Shown: positions 36,507-44,617 of the stretch, piece after piece
Position numbering within the stretch: the stretch's first letter is position 1
Layout: each line of letters begins with the position of its first letter
From: Acidimicrobiales bacterium
Lineage (GTDB): Bacteria > Actinomycetota > Acidimicrobiia > Acidimicrobiales > DATDAH01
DNA length: 64,000 nt
Assembly: GCA_036525535.1 (NCBI GenBank)
Contig: DATDAH010000244.1
Span: 4,698 to 68,697, forward strand
Reading direction: 5' to 3'
The notes under the pieces: model-generated
Told to the model about the DNA's origin: nothing
The model's database searches: none
The model's input: only the letters and a program-made list of their open reading frames with translations
Program-made: the position numbers and the translations under genes

Positions 36507-37475
36507 TCAGGCGGCGGCGGGCAGCGCCGGGCTGTCCGGGAGGGGGCGGCCGGCCTTGTCGACATGGCAGAGCCGGCGCCACGGGCCCGGCACCTGGTCC
36601 GCCTCGATGAACCCGGCCGCGACGACGGCGTCCAGGATCGGCCGGCAGGCTTCATAGCGCAGGGCGAGTCGGCGCTCGGAGCGGTTGGCCTTCGCCCAGG
36701 TCCGCAGCGGGGGCAGGCCCACCGTCGCGTAGATGCCCGGGTCGAGCATCGAGTCGAACAACTGGTGGATGCCGAAGGGGACGGTGTGGCGCATCCGCCA
36801 GCGCTCCCACCGGCTGGCCTCCTGCTGCAGCTCGGGCAGGCGCATGCGGGCGAAGGCCAGGTGTCGAGCCTCCTCCTGGCGGTGGTAGCGGTTGACCTCG
36901 GCCAGCAGGCGGTCGGTCTCCGGGTGCTCCGAGGCCAGTTTCTGCATCAGGTCGGGGATCTCCTCGCCGGCCAGGACGAACACGTAGAGCAGCACGTCAT
37001 GGCGCATCAGACCGCGCTGGATCTGCTTGCGCACGAACATCGGGAGGCCGTGCAGGAGGAGGCGGGGAGCCGTCGGCCCGATGTGCTCGACCAGGCGCAG
37101 GAAGGCCCGGGAGTGTCGGGTCTCCTCCCCCATCTCGTGCAGGGCGTAGGTGCTGCGGGTGTCGACGATGTGGCGGCTCTCGGCCAGGGCCAGGGCGAAG
37201 GCGGAGATGAGCACGGTCTCGAAGCGGACACCGGACTCCAGGAGCGACGCCACCTCCTCCCGGGAGAGGGTGGCCCGCTGCTCGGGCGTGAGCCCGTACT
37301 CGTCGGGGTCGATGGAGAGCAGGGCGTCGGGAATGAGCTGACCGTCGGCGAGCTCGCCCCAGGCAAAGCGCTCTTCGGGCTCGATGACCCGTCGGACCGA
37401 GGCCGTGTTGAGGCGCTCGACCCGGAGGGTGACGGCATCGTCCCGTTCGGTCGGGTGGGTCACGGTTGCGGCCAT
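36507..37475 (-). CDS. diiron oxygenase (AurF-like ferritin-fold family)
   Basis: 322 aa with two E-x-x-H iron-ligand motifs (HEMGEETRHSRAF and RYHRQEEARHLAF). Confidence 0.7.
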   Translation of the reverse strand: MAATVTHPTERDDAVTLRVERLNTASVRRVIEPEERFAWGELADGQLIPDALLSIDPDEYGLTPEQRATLSREEVASLLESGVRFETVLISAFALALAESRHIVDTRSTYALHEMGEETRHSRAFLRLVEHIGPTAPRLLLHGLPMFVRKQIQRGLMRHDVLLYVFVLAGEEIPDLMQKLASEHPETDRLLAEVNRYHRQEEARHLAFARMRLPELQQEASRWERWRMRHTVPFGIHQLFDSMLDPGIYATVGLPPLRTWAKANRSERRLALRYEACRPILDAVVAAGFIEADQVPGPWRRLCHVDKAGRPLPDSPALPAAA

Positions 37476-37495
37476 GGACCGACGATCGCACGCCG

Positions 37496-37531
37496 TTTCT
37501 TATAAGTCAATGATTCTTATAGAATTATTGC
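37496..37531. promoter_or_regulatory. AT-rich divergent promoter/operator region
   Basis: The sequence tttcttataagtcaatgattcttatagaattattgc is a strikingly AT-rich island in a GC-rich genome. TTCTTATA occurs twice (37497 and 37514). There is a CTTATAAG palindrome (37499-37506) and an ATTCT-TAT-AGAAT palindrome (37513-37525). Confidence 0.6.
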
Positions 37532-37532
37532 C

Positions 37533-38153
37533 GTGACCTCTGCCATAGCATTCGGCGCCATGGACGGGGCGAGGGTGGAGACCAAGGGCGAGCGCACCCG
37601 CCGGCGCCTGCTCGAGCTCGCTGTCGGCCGCTTCGCCGAGGACGGCTACCGGGCGACGTCGGTGTCGGCCATCGCTCGAGAAGCCGGCCTCACCCAGGCC
37701 GCGGTCTACGCCTACTTCGCCAACAAGGAGGCGTTGTTCGAGGCCGCCGTGGACCTCGACGCGGCCGAGCTCATTGCCGGGGCCCGGGCCCAACTGGACG
37801 AGGAGCTCCCGCTGGTCGAGCTGATCCCCGGGCTCCTGCTCCACCTGCGCCTGGGGGTCGAGCACCATCGCCTGGCCCGACGGGTGCTCGCCGGCCAGGA
37901 GCCCGAGGTCATCCATCGCCTCGCCGACCTCCCCGCCCTCCAAGCAATCACCTACGAGCTGGCGGGCCTGCTCCAGGCCGGTCAGGCGCGGGCCGAGGTG
38001 GCCACCGACGTCGACGCCGCCACGCTGGCCGTCGGCGTGGAGACCGTCGTCCTCGCGCTTCTGATGTCCGCCGTGCAGGTCCCGGGCGAAGCCGACAGCC
38101 GGATCCCGGGCATCGTCGCCGTCTTCCAAGCTCTCTTCCGCCCCCCGGCCTGA
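37533..38153 (+). CDS. TetR/AcrR family transcriptional regulator
   Basis: The HTH reads YRATSVSAIAREAGLTQAAVYAYFANKEALF. The start is GTG at 37533 or ATG at 37560. Confidence 0.85.
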   Translation: MTSAIAFGAMDGARVETKGERTRRRLLELAVGRFAEDGYRATSVSAIAREAGLTQAAVYAYFANKEALFEAAVDLDAAELIAGARAQLDEELPLVELIPGLLLHLRLGVEHHRLARRVLAGQEPEVIHRLADLPALQAITYELAGLLQAGQARAEVATDVDAATLAVGVETVVLALLMSAVQVPGEADSRIPGIVAVFQALFRPPA

Positions 38154-38181
38154 GCCAGGCTGGGGCAGATCTCCGGCGAGA

Positions 38182-39153
38182 TCAACGGGGGGCCAGGGCC
38201 CGATAGGCCTCCTGCTGCGAGAGCGCCCCGGGGAACGGCATCAGCGCCACGGCCGTGGTGTCGACGCCGTTGGCCCGGTAGCGCTCGAGGTGCTCCCGAC
38301 AGGCCTCCGGCGAGCCGTGCACGATCAGCTGGTCGACCACTTCGTCGGGAATGGCCTCCAGGGCGGCGGCCCGGTCACCTGCCTTCCAGGCGTCCCACAT
38401 CGGCGTCAAGGCCTCACCCCGGCCCAGCCACTCGTGGAAGGCGGCATAGACCGGCACGTTCAGGTAGGCGGCGATGGCGAAGCGCCCGGCGGCCCGCATG
38501 GCGTCGGCGTCCTCGGACACGGCGACGAAGATGCGGGCCACGACCTCCTTGTCCTCGCCGAAGGCCTTGACGATGGGCGCGACGGTCGAGACGTCGTCGG
38601 CCGAGAGCCAGTTGACGATGGCGCCGTCACCTTCCCGACCGGCCAGCCGAAGCATCCCCTCCCGAAGGGCGGCGACGAGGATGGGCACGGGCTCGGTGGG
38701 GCGCACCCCCAGCTGGAAGCCGCTCACCGAGAAGGTCTCGTACTCCTTGCGCACCTTCTCGCCGCTGAGGGCGTCCCGCAGGAAGCGGACCACGTCCCGG
38801 GTCCGCTTGTAGGGCTCCTCGAAGGGGATGTCGTTCCAACGTTCGACGATGACGTTGGACGAGCTGCCCACGCCGAGCACGAAGCGACCCGGGGCGGCCT
38901 GCGCCACCGAGCCCACCGTCTGGGCCAGGCAGCCCGGGCCCCGGGTGTAGGCGGGGACGATGGCCGTTCCCAACCGGAGCTCCGGAGCCCAGACCGACGC
39001 CAGGGTCAGGGGGGTGAAGGCATCGGCCCCGTCGGCCTCGCTGGACCAGACGTCGGTGTACCCGAGGTCGACCAGCTCCCGGAACCAGTCCCGCTGCTCG
39101 CCCAACGGCAACCCGGCGAAGGGGACGGTCATGCCATAGCGAGTCGTGCTCAT
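38182..39153 (-). CDS. LLM class oxidoreductase, probably F420-dependent
   Basis: 323 aa with LGYTDVWSSEADGADAFT and VLGVGSSSNVIVERWNDIPF. Confidence 0.8.
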   Translation of the reverse strand: MSTTRYGMTVPFAGLPLGEQRDWFRELVDLGYTDVWSSEADGADAFTPLTLASVWAPELRLGTAIVPAYTRGPGCLAQTVGSVAQAAPGRFVLGVGSSSNVIVERWNDIPFEEPYKRTRDVVRFLRDALSGEKVRKEYETFSVSGFQLGVRPTEPVPILVAALREGMLRLAGREGDGAIVNWLSADDVSTVAPIVKAFGEDKEVVARIFVAVSEDADAMRAAGRFAIAAYLNVPVYAAFHEWLGRGEALTPMWDAWKAGDRAAALEAIPDEVVDQLIVHGSPEACREHLERYRANGVDTTAVALMPFPGALSQQEAYRALAPR

Positions 39154-39953
39154 GCCGACTGATCCTTCCAGAAGCGGACGATGGCGGATTGGCTGGCGAT
39201 GGCCAGGAGCTGGCCCGATTCGGACCAGAGCAGCACGGCCCCGTGGCCGAAGCCGCCGTGGACGGCCAGCACCCGGATGTCGAGCAGCACCCAGTCGGTG
39301 GGCTCCAGGCGAGCCACCCGGAACGTGTTGTCCAGGCTGTTGCCCCCGGCGGCCAGGCCCAACGCCTGGCCGATGCCGAAGGGGACGAAGTCACCGAGGA
39401 TGGCCAGGGCCGCCCCGGACATGTCGAGGACCTCGGGCATGCGGGCCCAGAGGGCGCAGTTGCCGTTGCTGGGCGTGCCGTCCAGCTCGTCCAAGGGGCG
39501 GCCCACGGCGAGACGCTGCTCCATGCGGGAGGCCACCGACTCGTGCTCGAAGCGGTGGGTGCGGACGCCGCACTCGTCGGGGCCGGGAACGTCGGGCATC
39601 GTCGCCCACTCCCCCTCCGGCAGGAAAGGTCGAGAGCCGAGCGCGGCGTTGACGGTGAGGATCTCGATGTCATCGGTCCGACCGACGGCGCGGGCCTGGG
39701 TGAGGCTGCGGCCCTGCGCCCCGATGGTCACGTCGTACTCGACGACCGAGCCCGGGAGGGCGTAGGAGAGGTACTGGGCGGTGGCCCACACGACCGGCCG
39801 CTCGGTGATCTGCTCGAGGGCGACGATCGCCGCCGCCAGGCCGCAACCCCCGAACAGGAACCCGCCACCGGCGGTGATGCCGGGCACGACCGGGAGACGG
39901 AAGCCCGACGGGGTGCCGTCCGATTCGAGGCCGAGGAAGGTCCGGGCGTCCAT
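39150..39953 (-). CDS. acyl-CoA thioesterase II-like (double hot-dog)
   Basis: 267 aa with GGFLFGGCGLAAAIVALE and ...LDIRVLAVHGGFGHGAVLLWSESGQLLAIASQS. A 4-nt overlap links it to the downstream LLM gene. Confidence 0.75.
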   Translation of the reverse strand: MDARTFLGLESDGTPSGFRLPVVPGITAGGGFLFGGCGLAAAIVALEQITERPVVWATAQYLSYALPGSVVEYDVTIGAQGRSLTQARAVGRTDDIEILTVNAALGSRPFLPEGEWATMPDVPGPDECGVRTHRFEHESVASRMEQRLAVGRPLDELDGTPSNGNCALWARMPEVLDMSGAALAILGDFVPFGIGQALGLAAGGNSLDNTFRVARLEPTDWVLLDIRVLAVHGGFGHGAVLLWSESGQLLAIASQSAIVRFWKDQSA

Positions 39954-39957
39954 CGGC

Positions 39958-40041
39958 GCAGGACCCTATGGGACGGAGCAGGACCCGTGTGCGAACCCCC
40001 GCCTCCTCGTCGACCGGCCCGCCGCGTCCGGCGCAGGACGC
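39958..40041. promoter_or_regulatory. GCAGGAC(C/G)C direct repeats upstream of thioesterase gene
   Basis: GCAGGACCC occurs at 39958-39966 and 39978-39986 (20-bp register). GCAGGACGC occurs at 40033-40041. Confidence 0.3.
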
Positions 40042-40186
40042 TTCTCGCCACGCACCGCAGCCGGTTCACCTGCCCGAGTGACCCTGTCGTGCGCTCTCGG
40101 TGGTTCTGGGACCACGAAGCGCGATGTGACTGACGACCACCGTCCCCGCCGGTCTGACTGTCACACCCCCGGGGGAGACTGGAGGC

Positions 40187-40357
40187 ATGACACGGCAGTT
40201 GCGTCTCCTCGACCCCCCGGGCGACGAGTGGCGGATCGACGAGGAGACCCGCCGGGTCGGCCTGGCCGGTGTTGCTGCCGCCCGCGAGGCGCTGCGTTCC
40301 ACCCGCCCTCCGGCCGCGGTTGCCGAGCACCCCGACGCGGCCCACGAGGCTGCTTGA
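40187..40357 (+). CDS. small hypothetical protein (56 aa), not in ORF track
   Basis: ATG is preceded by GGGGGAGACTGGAGG. Translation is MTRQLRLLDPPGDEWRIDEETRRVGLAGVAAAREALRSTRPPAAVAEHPDAAHEAA. It ends 34 nt before the thiolase start. Confidence 0.45.
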   Translation: MTRQLRLLDPPGDEWRIDEETRRVGLAGVAAAREALRSTRPPAAVAEHPDAAHEAA

Positions 40358-40391
40358 CCGAGCCCGTTGGGCCACGTCGTAGGCTCTGGGC

Positions 40392-41579
40392 ATGAGCCCG
40401 GGATCCCCACGCGACATCGTCATCTGTGAAGCCGTCCGCACGCCCGTCGGGCGCCGCGGCGGTGGCCTGTCCACCATGCACTCCGCCGACCTCCTCGGCG
40501 TCGCCCTCAACGAGCTGATCGAACGGTCCGGCATCGACCCGGCCGAGGTCGGCCAGCTCATCGGGGGCTGCGTGTCCCAGGTGGGTCAGCAGTCCTTCAA
40601 CGTCAGCCGCACGGCGTGGCTGACCGCCGGCCTGCCCATCTCGGTGGCCGCGACGACCGTGGACAGCCAGTGCGGCTCGTCCCAGCAGGCCACCAACTTC
40701 GCCACCAGCCTGGTCGGCTCCGGCGTGGTCGACGTAGCCGTGGCCTGCGGCGTCGAGGTCATGAGTCGGGTGCCCATGGGTTCCAGCCTCGGCGACGGCG
40801 TCGGCAAGGCGATCCCCAAGTCCTACTTCGAGAAGTACGAGTGGACGAGCCAGTTCGAAGGGGCGGAGCGCATCGCCCAGAAGTGGGGCATCAGCCGCGA
40901 GGAGACCGACGCCTTCGGCCTCCTGTCGCAGGAGCGAGGCGCCCAGGCCTGGGCCGAGGACCGGTTCAGCACCCAGATCGTGGAGGTGGACGCCCCCGAC
41001 CTCGGGGAAGACGGCAAGCCCACGGGGACCACGCACCACGTGGGCAAGGACGAGGGCTTGCGGGAGACCACCCTCGAGGGCCTGAGCCAGCTCAAGGCCG
41101 TGGCCGGCCCGGACGGCGTGCACACCGCCGGCACCTCCTCGCAGATCTCCGACGGTGCCGGGGCCGTGCTCATCGCCACCCGCGAGAAGGCCGAGGCCCT
41201 GGGCCTCACCCCCCGAGCCCGCGTCGTCGACACCTGCCTGGTCGGCAGCGACCCGGTCCTGATGCTGACCGGGCCCATCGACGCCACGCACCACCTCCTC
41301 GAGCGCAACTCGATGTCCATGGGCGACATCGACCTGGTCGAGATCAACGAAGCCTTCGCCTCGGTCGTCCTCGCCTGGGAGCGGGAGCTGAGCCCCGACA
41401 TGGCCACCGTCAACCCCAACGGCGGGGCCATCGCCCTGGGCCATCCCCTCGGCGGCACCGGCGCCATCCTCACCACGAAGGCCCTGCACGAGCTGGAGCG
41501 CTCCGACCAGACCACCGCCCTGGTCACCATGTGCTGCGGTGGTGGCCTCGCCACCGGCACCCTTCTCGAGCGAATCTGA
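40392..41579 (+). CDS. acetyl-CoA C-acyltransferase (thiolase)
   Basis: 395 aa with the active-site Cys region VDSQCGSSQQA, plus NPNGGAIALGHPLGGTG and CCGGGLATG. Confidence 0.9.
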   Translation: MSPGSPRDIVICEAVRTPVGRRGGGLSTMHSADLLGVALNELIERSGIDPAEVGQLIGGCVSQVGQQSFNVSRTAWLTAGLPISVAATTVDSQCGSSQQATNFATSLVGSGVVDVAVACGVEVMSRVPMGSSLGDGVGKAIPKSYFEKYEWTSQFEGAERIAQKWGISREETDAFGLLSQERGAQAWAEDRFSTQIVEVDAPDLGEDGKPTGTTHHVGKDEGLRETTLEGLSQLKAVAGPDGVHTAGTSSQISDGAGAVLIATREKAEALGLTPRARVVDTCLVGSDPVLMLTGPIDATHHLLERNSMSMGDIDLVEINEAFASVVLAWERELSPDMATVNPNGGAIALGHPLGGTGAILTTKALHELERSDQTTALVTMCCGGGLATGTLLERI

Positions 41580-41610
41580 TCCCAGACCCGAGGCCCTGCC
41601 TGTCGGGATC
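41578..41610 (+). terminator. possible hairpin after thiolase gene
   Basis: GATCCCAGAC (41578-41587) pairs with GTCGGGATC (41602-41610) with one bulged base. The loop is 14 nt and there is no U-tract. Confidence 0.3.
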
Positions 41611-41677
41611 CGACACGCAGTGCCTCGAGTGATTGCTACTTCCCCCGGCTGAACTCGTCATCTGAGGGAGGCGCGCC

Positions 41678-42184
41678 GTGCGGCGAGCCCTTGTCCTGGT
41701 CCTGCTCTGTCCACTCGCGTGCACGCGGTCGAGCGGTCCGCCCGTCGATCCCGGCGCCGCGACGGTGCTCCACGTCGTCGACGGCGACACGGTGGTCGTC
41801 GACCTCGCCGGCGAGCAGGAGACCCTGCGTCTCATCGGCGTCGACACGCCGGAGACCGTCGATCCCGACCAGCCCCCCGAATGCTTCGGGGCCGAAGCCA
41901 GCGCCCACACCAAGGCGCTCCTGCCCGAGGGCACCGAGGTCCGCCTGACCCGCGACGTCGAGGCCCGGGATCGCTACGACCGGCTCCTCGTCTACGTCGA
42001 GCGAGCCGAGGACGACCTCTTCGTCAACCTCGACCTGGTGGCCGGCGGCTGGGCCGACGACTATCCGTTCCCACCCAACGTCGCCCACGAGCGGGACTTC
42101 GCCCTCGCCGTGGCCGAGGCCCGCGCCCAGGGCCTTGGCCTCTGGGCCACCTGCGGCAACGCCGACACCCCGGCGGGTGGGTAG
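41678..42184 (+). CDS. thermonuclease (SNase) family lipoprotein
   Basis: Has a signal with Cys (LVLLCPLAC). The SNase core reads VVDGDTVVV...LRLIGVDTPE...RDRYDRLLVYV. Confidence 0.8.
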   Translation: MRRALVLVLLCPLACTRSSGPPVDPGAATVLHVVDGDTVVVDLAGEQETLRLIGVDTPETVDPDQPPECFGAEASAHTKALLPEGTEVRLTRDVEARDRYDRLLVYVERAEDDLFVNLDLVAGGWADDYPFPPNVAHERDFALAVAEARAQGLGLWATCGNADTPAGG

Positions 42185-42353
42185 GCGTCGGTCAGGTCGC
42201 CTCGGGGCAGGGGCGGCCGACCGACAGCACGGCACCGACGCCGTCCCGGGTGACCTTCCAGTCGCCGTCGATGCGGACCATCCTGACCGGCGGGCGGCGG
42301 CGACGCTCTTGCCGTCGACGACCACGTCGACCAGTGACATCAATCACAGTACT

Positions 42354-42368
42354 TTGCCGAGTCGGCAA
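42354..42368. promoter_or_regulatory. palindromic candidate TetR operator
   Basis: TTGCCGA-G-TCGGCAA is a perfect 7-1-7 inverted repeat 38 nt upstream of the tetR ATG, within a relatively AT-rich stretch. Confidence 0.5.
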
Positions 42369-42405
42369 GCTTGCACAGACTGCAATAATCCGGCATACTG
42401 CAGAC

Positions 42406-43014
42406 ATGAGCGAGACGATCGGGCTGCGAGAGCGCAAGAAGGCCCAGACCCGCCGGGCCCTCACCGCGGCAGCCATCCGCCTGTCCATCGAGCGGGGCAG
42501 CCCCGACCGGGTCACGGTCGAAGAGATCAGCGAGGCGGCCGATGTCTCCCCCCGCACCTTCTTCAACTACTTCTCCTCGAAGGAGGACGCCGTCCTCGGC
42601 GTCGACCCGGAGCGCCGGACGGAGCTGCGGGCCGAGCTGGAGCTCCGCCCCGCCGACGAGGCGCCCGTCGAGGCACTGCGGGCCGCCCTCCTGTCGACGG
42701 CCGAGGGCATCGACGAGAACGCCGAGCTCTGGGCCCAACGTCTGCAGCTCGTGCGCGAGCACCCGACCCTGTCCGCCGGCTACGTGGCCAGCTTCGCCGA
42801 CTTCGAGCGGGGCATGGTCGAGGCCATGGCCGCCCGCCTGGGCCTCGACCCCGACGCCGACCTCTACCCAGCGGTCGTCGTGGCCACGGCCCTGACCATC
42901 ATGCGGGTGACGGTGAAGCACTGGCAGGCCACCGACGCCGACACCCCCCTGGCCGACCTCCTGGACGTCGCCTTCGACCAGTTGGCGGACGGCCTCGCCC
43001 TGCCCGCGGCCTGA
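42406..43014 (+). CDS. TetR/AcrR family transcriptional regulator
   Basis: 202 aa from MSETIGLRERKKAQTRRAL. The HTH reads VTVEEISEAADVSPRTFFNYFSSKEDA. Confidence 0.85.
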   Translation: MSETIGLRERKKAQTRRALTAAAIRLSIERGSPDRVTVEEISEAADVSPRTFFNYFSSKEDAVLGVDPERRTELRAELELRPADEAPVEALRAALLSTAEGIDENAELWAQRLQLVREHPTLSAGYVASFADFERGMVEAMAARLGLDPDADLYPAVVVATALTIMRVTVKHWQATDADTPLADLLDVAFDQLADGLALPAA

Positions 43015-43039
43015 CCTCCTGAGCGAACTGGATCCCCCC

Positions 43040-44617
43040 GTGCAGACCCCGACCGTGCCCGAAGCCGTGCCCACCACGAACCCCCTGACCCACCGTCAGA
43101 TCCTGGTCATCTTCAGCGGTCTCATGCTCGGCATGCTCCTGGCCGCCCTCGACCAGACCATCGTGGCCACCGCCCTCCCCACCATCGTGGGCGACCTCGG
43201 CGGGCTCGACCACCTTTCCTGGGTGGTCACCTCCTACCTGCTGGCGGCGACGGTCTCGACGCCGATCTGGGGCAAGCTCGGCGACCTCCTGGGGCGCAAG
43301 CGCATGTACCAGGTGGCCATCCTGGTCTTCCTGGTCGGCTCCGTCCTGTCCGGCCTCTCGACCTCGATGGCCCAGCTCATCGCCTTCCGGTTCGTACAGG
43401 GCCTCGGGGGCGGTGCCCTCATCGTCCTCGCCCAGGCGATCATCGCCGACGTCGTCAGCCCTCGCGAGCGGGGCCGCTACCAGGGCTACTTCGGCGCGCT
43501 GTTCGCCGCCTCCAGCGTGGCCGGCCCCCTCCTCGGCGGCTTCTTCACCGACCACCTGTCCTGGCGCTGGGTCTTCTACGTCAACCTCCCCCTCGGCATC
43601 CTCGCCCTGCTCGTGACCAGTGCCGTCCTGCCGGCGACGGGGGCCCGGGCCAGGGTGGTCATCGACTACCTGGGCGCCGGGCTGCTGGCCGGCGCGGTCA
43701 GCTGCATCGTCCTCGTGACCACCTGGGGCGGCACCCAGTACCCGTGGACCTCTCCCACGATCATCAGCCTCAGCGCCGCCGCGCTGGCCCTCGTCGGTGC
43801 CTTCGTGCTCGCAGAACGGCGAGCCGAGGAGCCGCTCCTGCCCCTCCGCCTGTTCCGCGGACCCATCTTCAGCGTGAGCAGCGGCGTGAGCTTCGTCATC
43901 GGCGTGGCCATGTTCGGCTCCATCAGCTTCCTGCCCCTGTTCCTGCAGGTGGTGGGCGGGGTGTCGGCCACGAACTCCGGCCTCCTGCTGGTCCCCTACA
44001 TGTTGGGCATGCTGGGCGCCTCCGTCTGCGCCGGCCAGATCGTCACCCGGACGGGCAGGTACCGGGTCCTGCCGGTCATGGGAACGGGCATCGCCGTCCT
44101 GGGCCTGGCCCTGCTGTCCACCATGGACAGCAGCACGACCCGCCTGCAGTCCGGGGTCTACATGACGATCCTCGGGATCGGGCTCGGCTTGAGCATGCAG
44201 GTGCTGGTCCTGGCCACGCAGAACTCGGTGAAGGTGAGCGACCTCGGTGTGGCCACGTCCTCGGTCAACTTCTTCCGATCGGTCGGTGGCTCCGTCGGCG
44301 TGGCCATCTTCGGCGCCCTGTTCAACACCCGCCTGTCCGCCGAGCTCGCCGGCGGGGCGGGCGCCATCCAAGGCACGATCACCCCGCAGGCCATCGACGC
44401 CCTTCCGGCGACCGACAAGGCGGTGTTCATCGACGCCTTCGCCACGGCGCTCACCGACGTGTTCCTCATCGCCGTGCCCGTGATGATCGTGGCCTTCGTG
44501 CTGACGTGGTTCCTGCGGGAGATCCCCCTCATGGCCAGCTCCGGCCAGGCCCGGGCCCTGGCCCAGGAGGGCGCCGTCCAGGAGACCGAGGTCGCCGCCG
44601 TGGCTCTGGCCGGCTAG
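43040..44617 (+). CDS. MFS transporter, DHA2 (EmrB/QacA-like, about 14 TM) drug:H+ antiporter family
   Basis: 525 aa with LDQTIVATALPTIVGDLGG and many hydrophobic spans. It lies directly downstream of tetR. Confidence 0.85.
   Translation: MQTPTVPEAVPTTNPLTHRQILVIFSGLMLGMLLAALDQTIVATALPTIVGDLGGLDHLSWVVTSYLLAATVSTPIWGKLGDLLGRKRMYQVAILVFLVGSVLSGLSTSMAQLIAFRFVQGLGGGALIVLAQAIIADVVSPRERGRYQGYFGALFAASSVAGPLLGGFFTDHLSWRWVFYVNLPLGILALLVTSAVLPATGARARVVIDYLGAGLLAGAVSCIVLVTTWGGTQYPWTSPTIISLSAAALALVGAFVLAERRAEEPLLPLRLFRGPIFSVSSGVSFVIGVAMFGSISFLPLFLQVVGGVSATNSGLLLVPYMLGMLGASVCAGQIVTRTGRYRVLPVMGTGIAVLGLALLSTMDSSTTRLQSGVYMTILGIGLGLSMQVLVLATQNSVKVSDLGVATSSVNFFRSVGGSVGVAIFGALFNTRLSAELAGGAGAIQGTITPQAIDALPATDKAVFIDAFATALTDVFLIAVPVMIVAFVLTWFLREIPLMASSGQARALAQEGAVQETEVAAVALAG

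Noticed and set aside
39781-40395. 204-aa plus-strand ORF spanning the thioesterase 5' end and the long spacer.
   Set aside because: It has a proline/arginine-rich shadow composition and overlaps a real gene in antisense. The 56-aa ORF in another frame is the better candidate in the spacer.
7844-42184. Scattered nuclease genes (nucS, Cas4-like nuclease, NERD-like ORF, thermonuclease) considered as a phage-defence island.
   Set aside because: They are dispersed among housekeeping and metabolic genes. There are no adjacent ATPases, methylases or toxins and no mobile-element hallmarks. They look like conserved chromosomal repair or scavenging functions.
42192-42343. Possible remnant of an NTF2-like gene C-terminus on the minus strand (MSLVDVVVDGKSVAAA… then …VRIDGDWKVTRDGVGAVLSVGRPCPEAT).
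   Set aside because: It needs a frameshift and would encode fewer than 50 residues. That is too little to support a pseudogene call.
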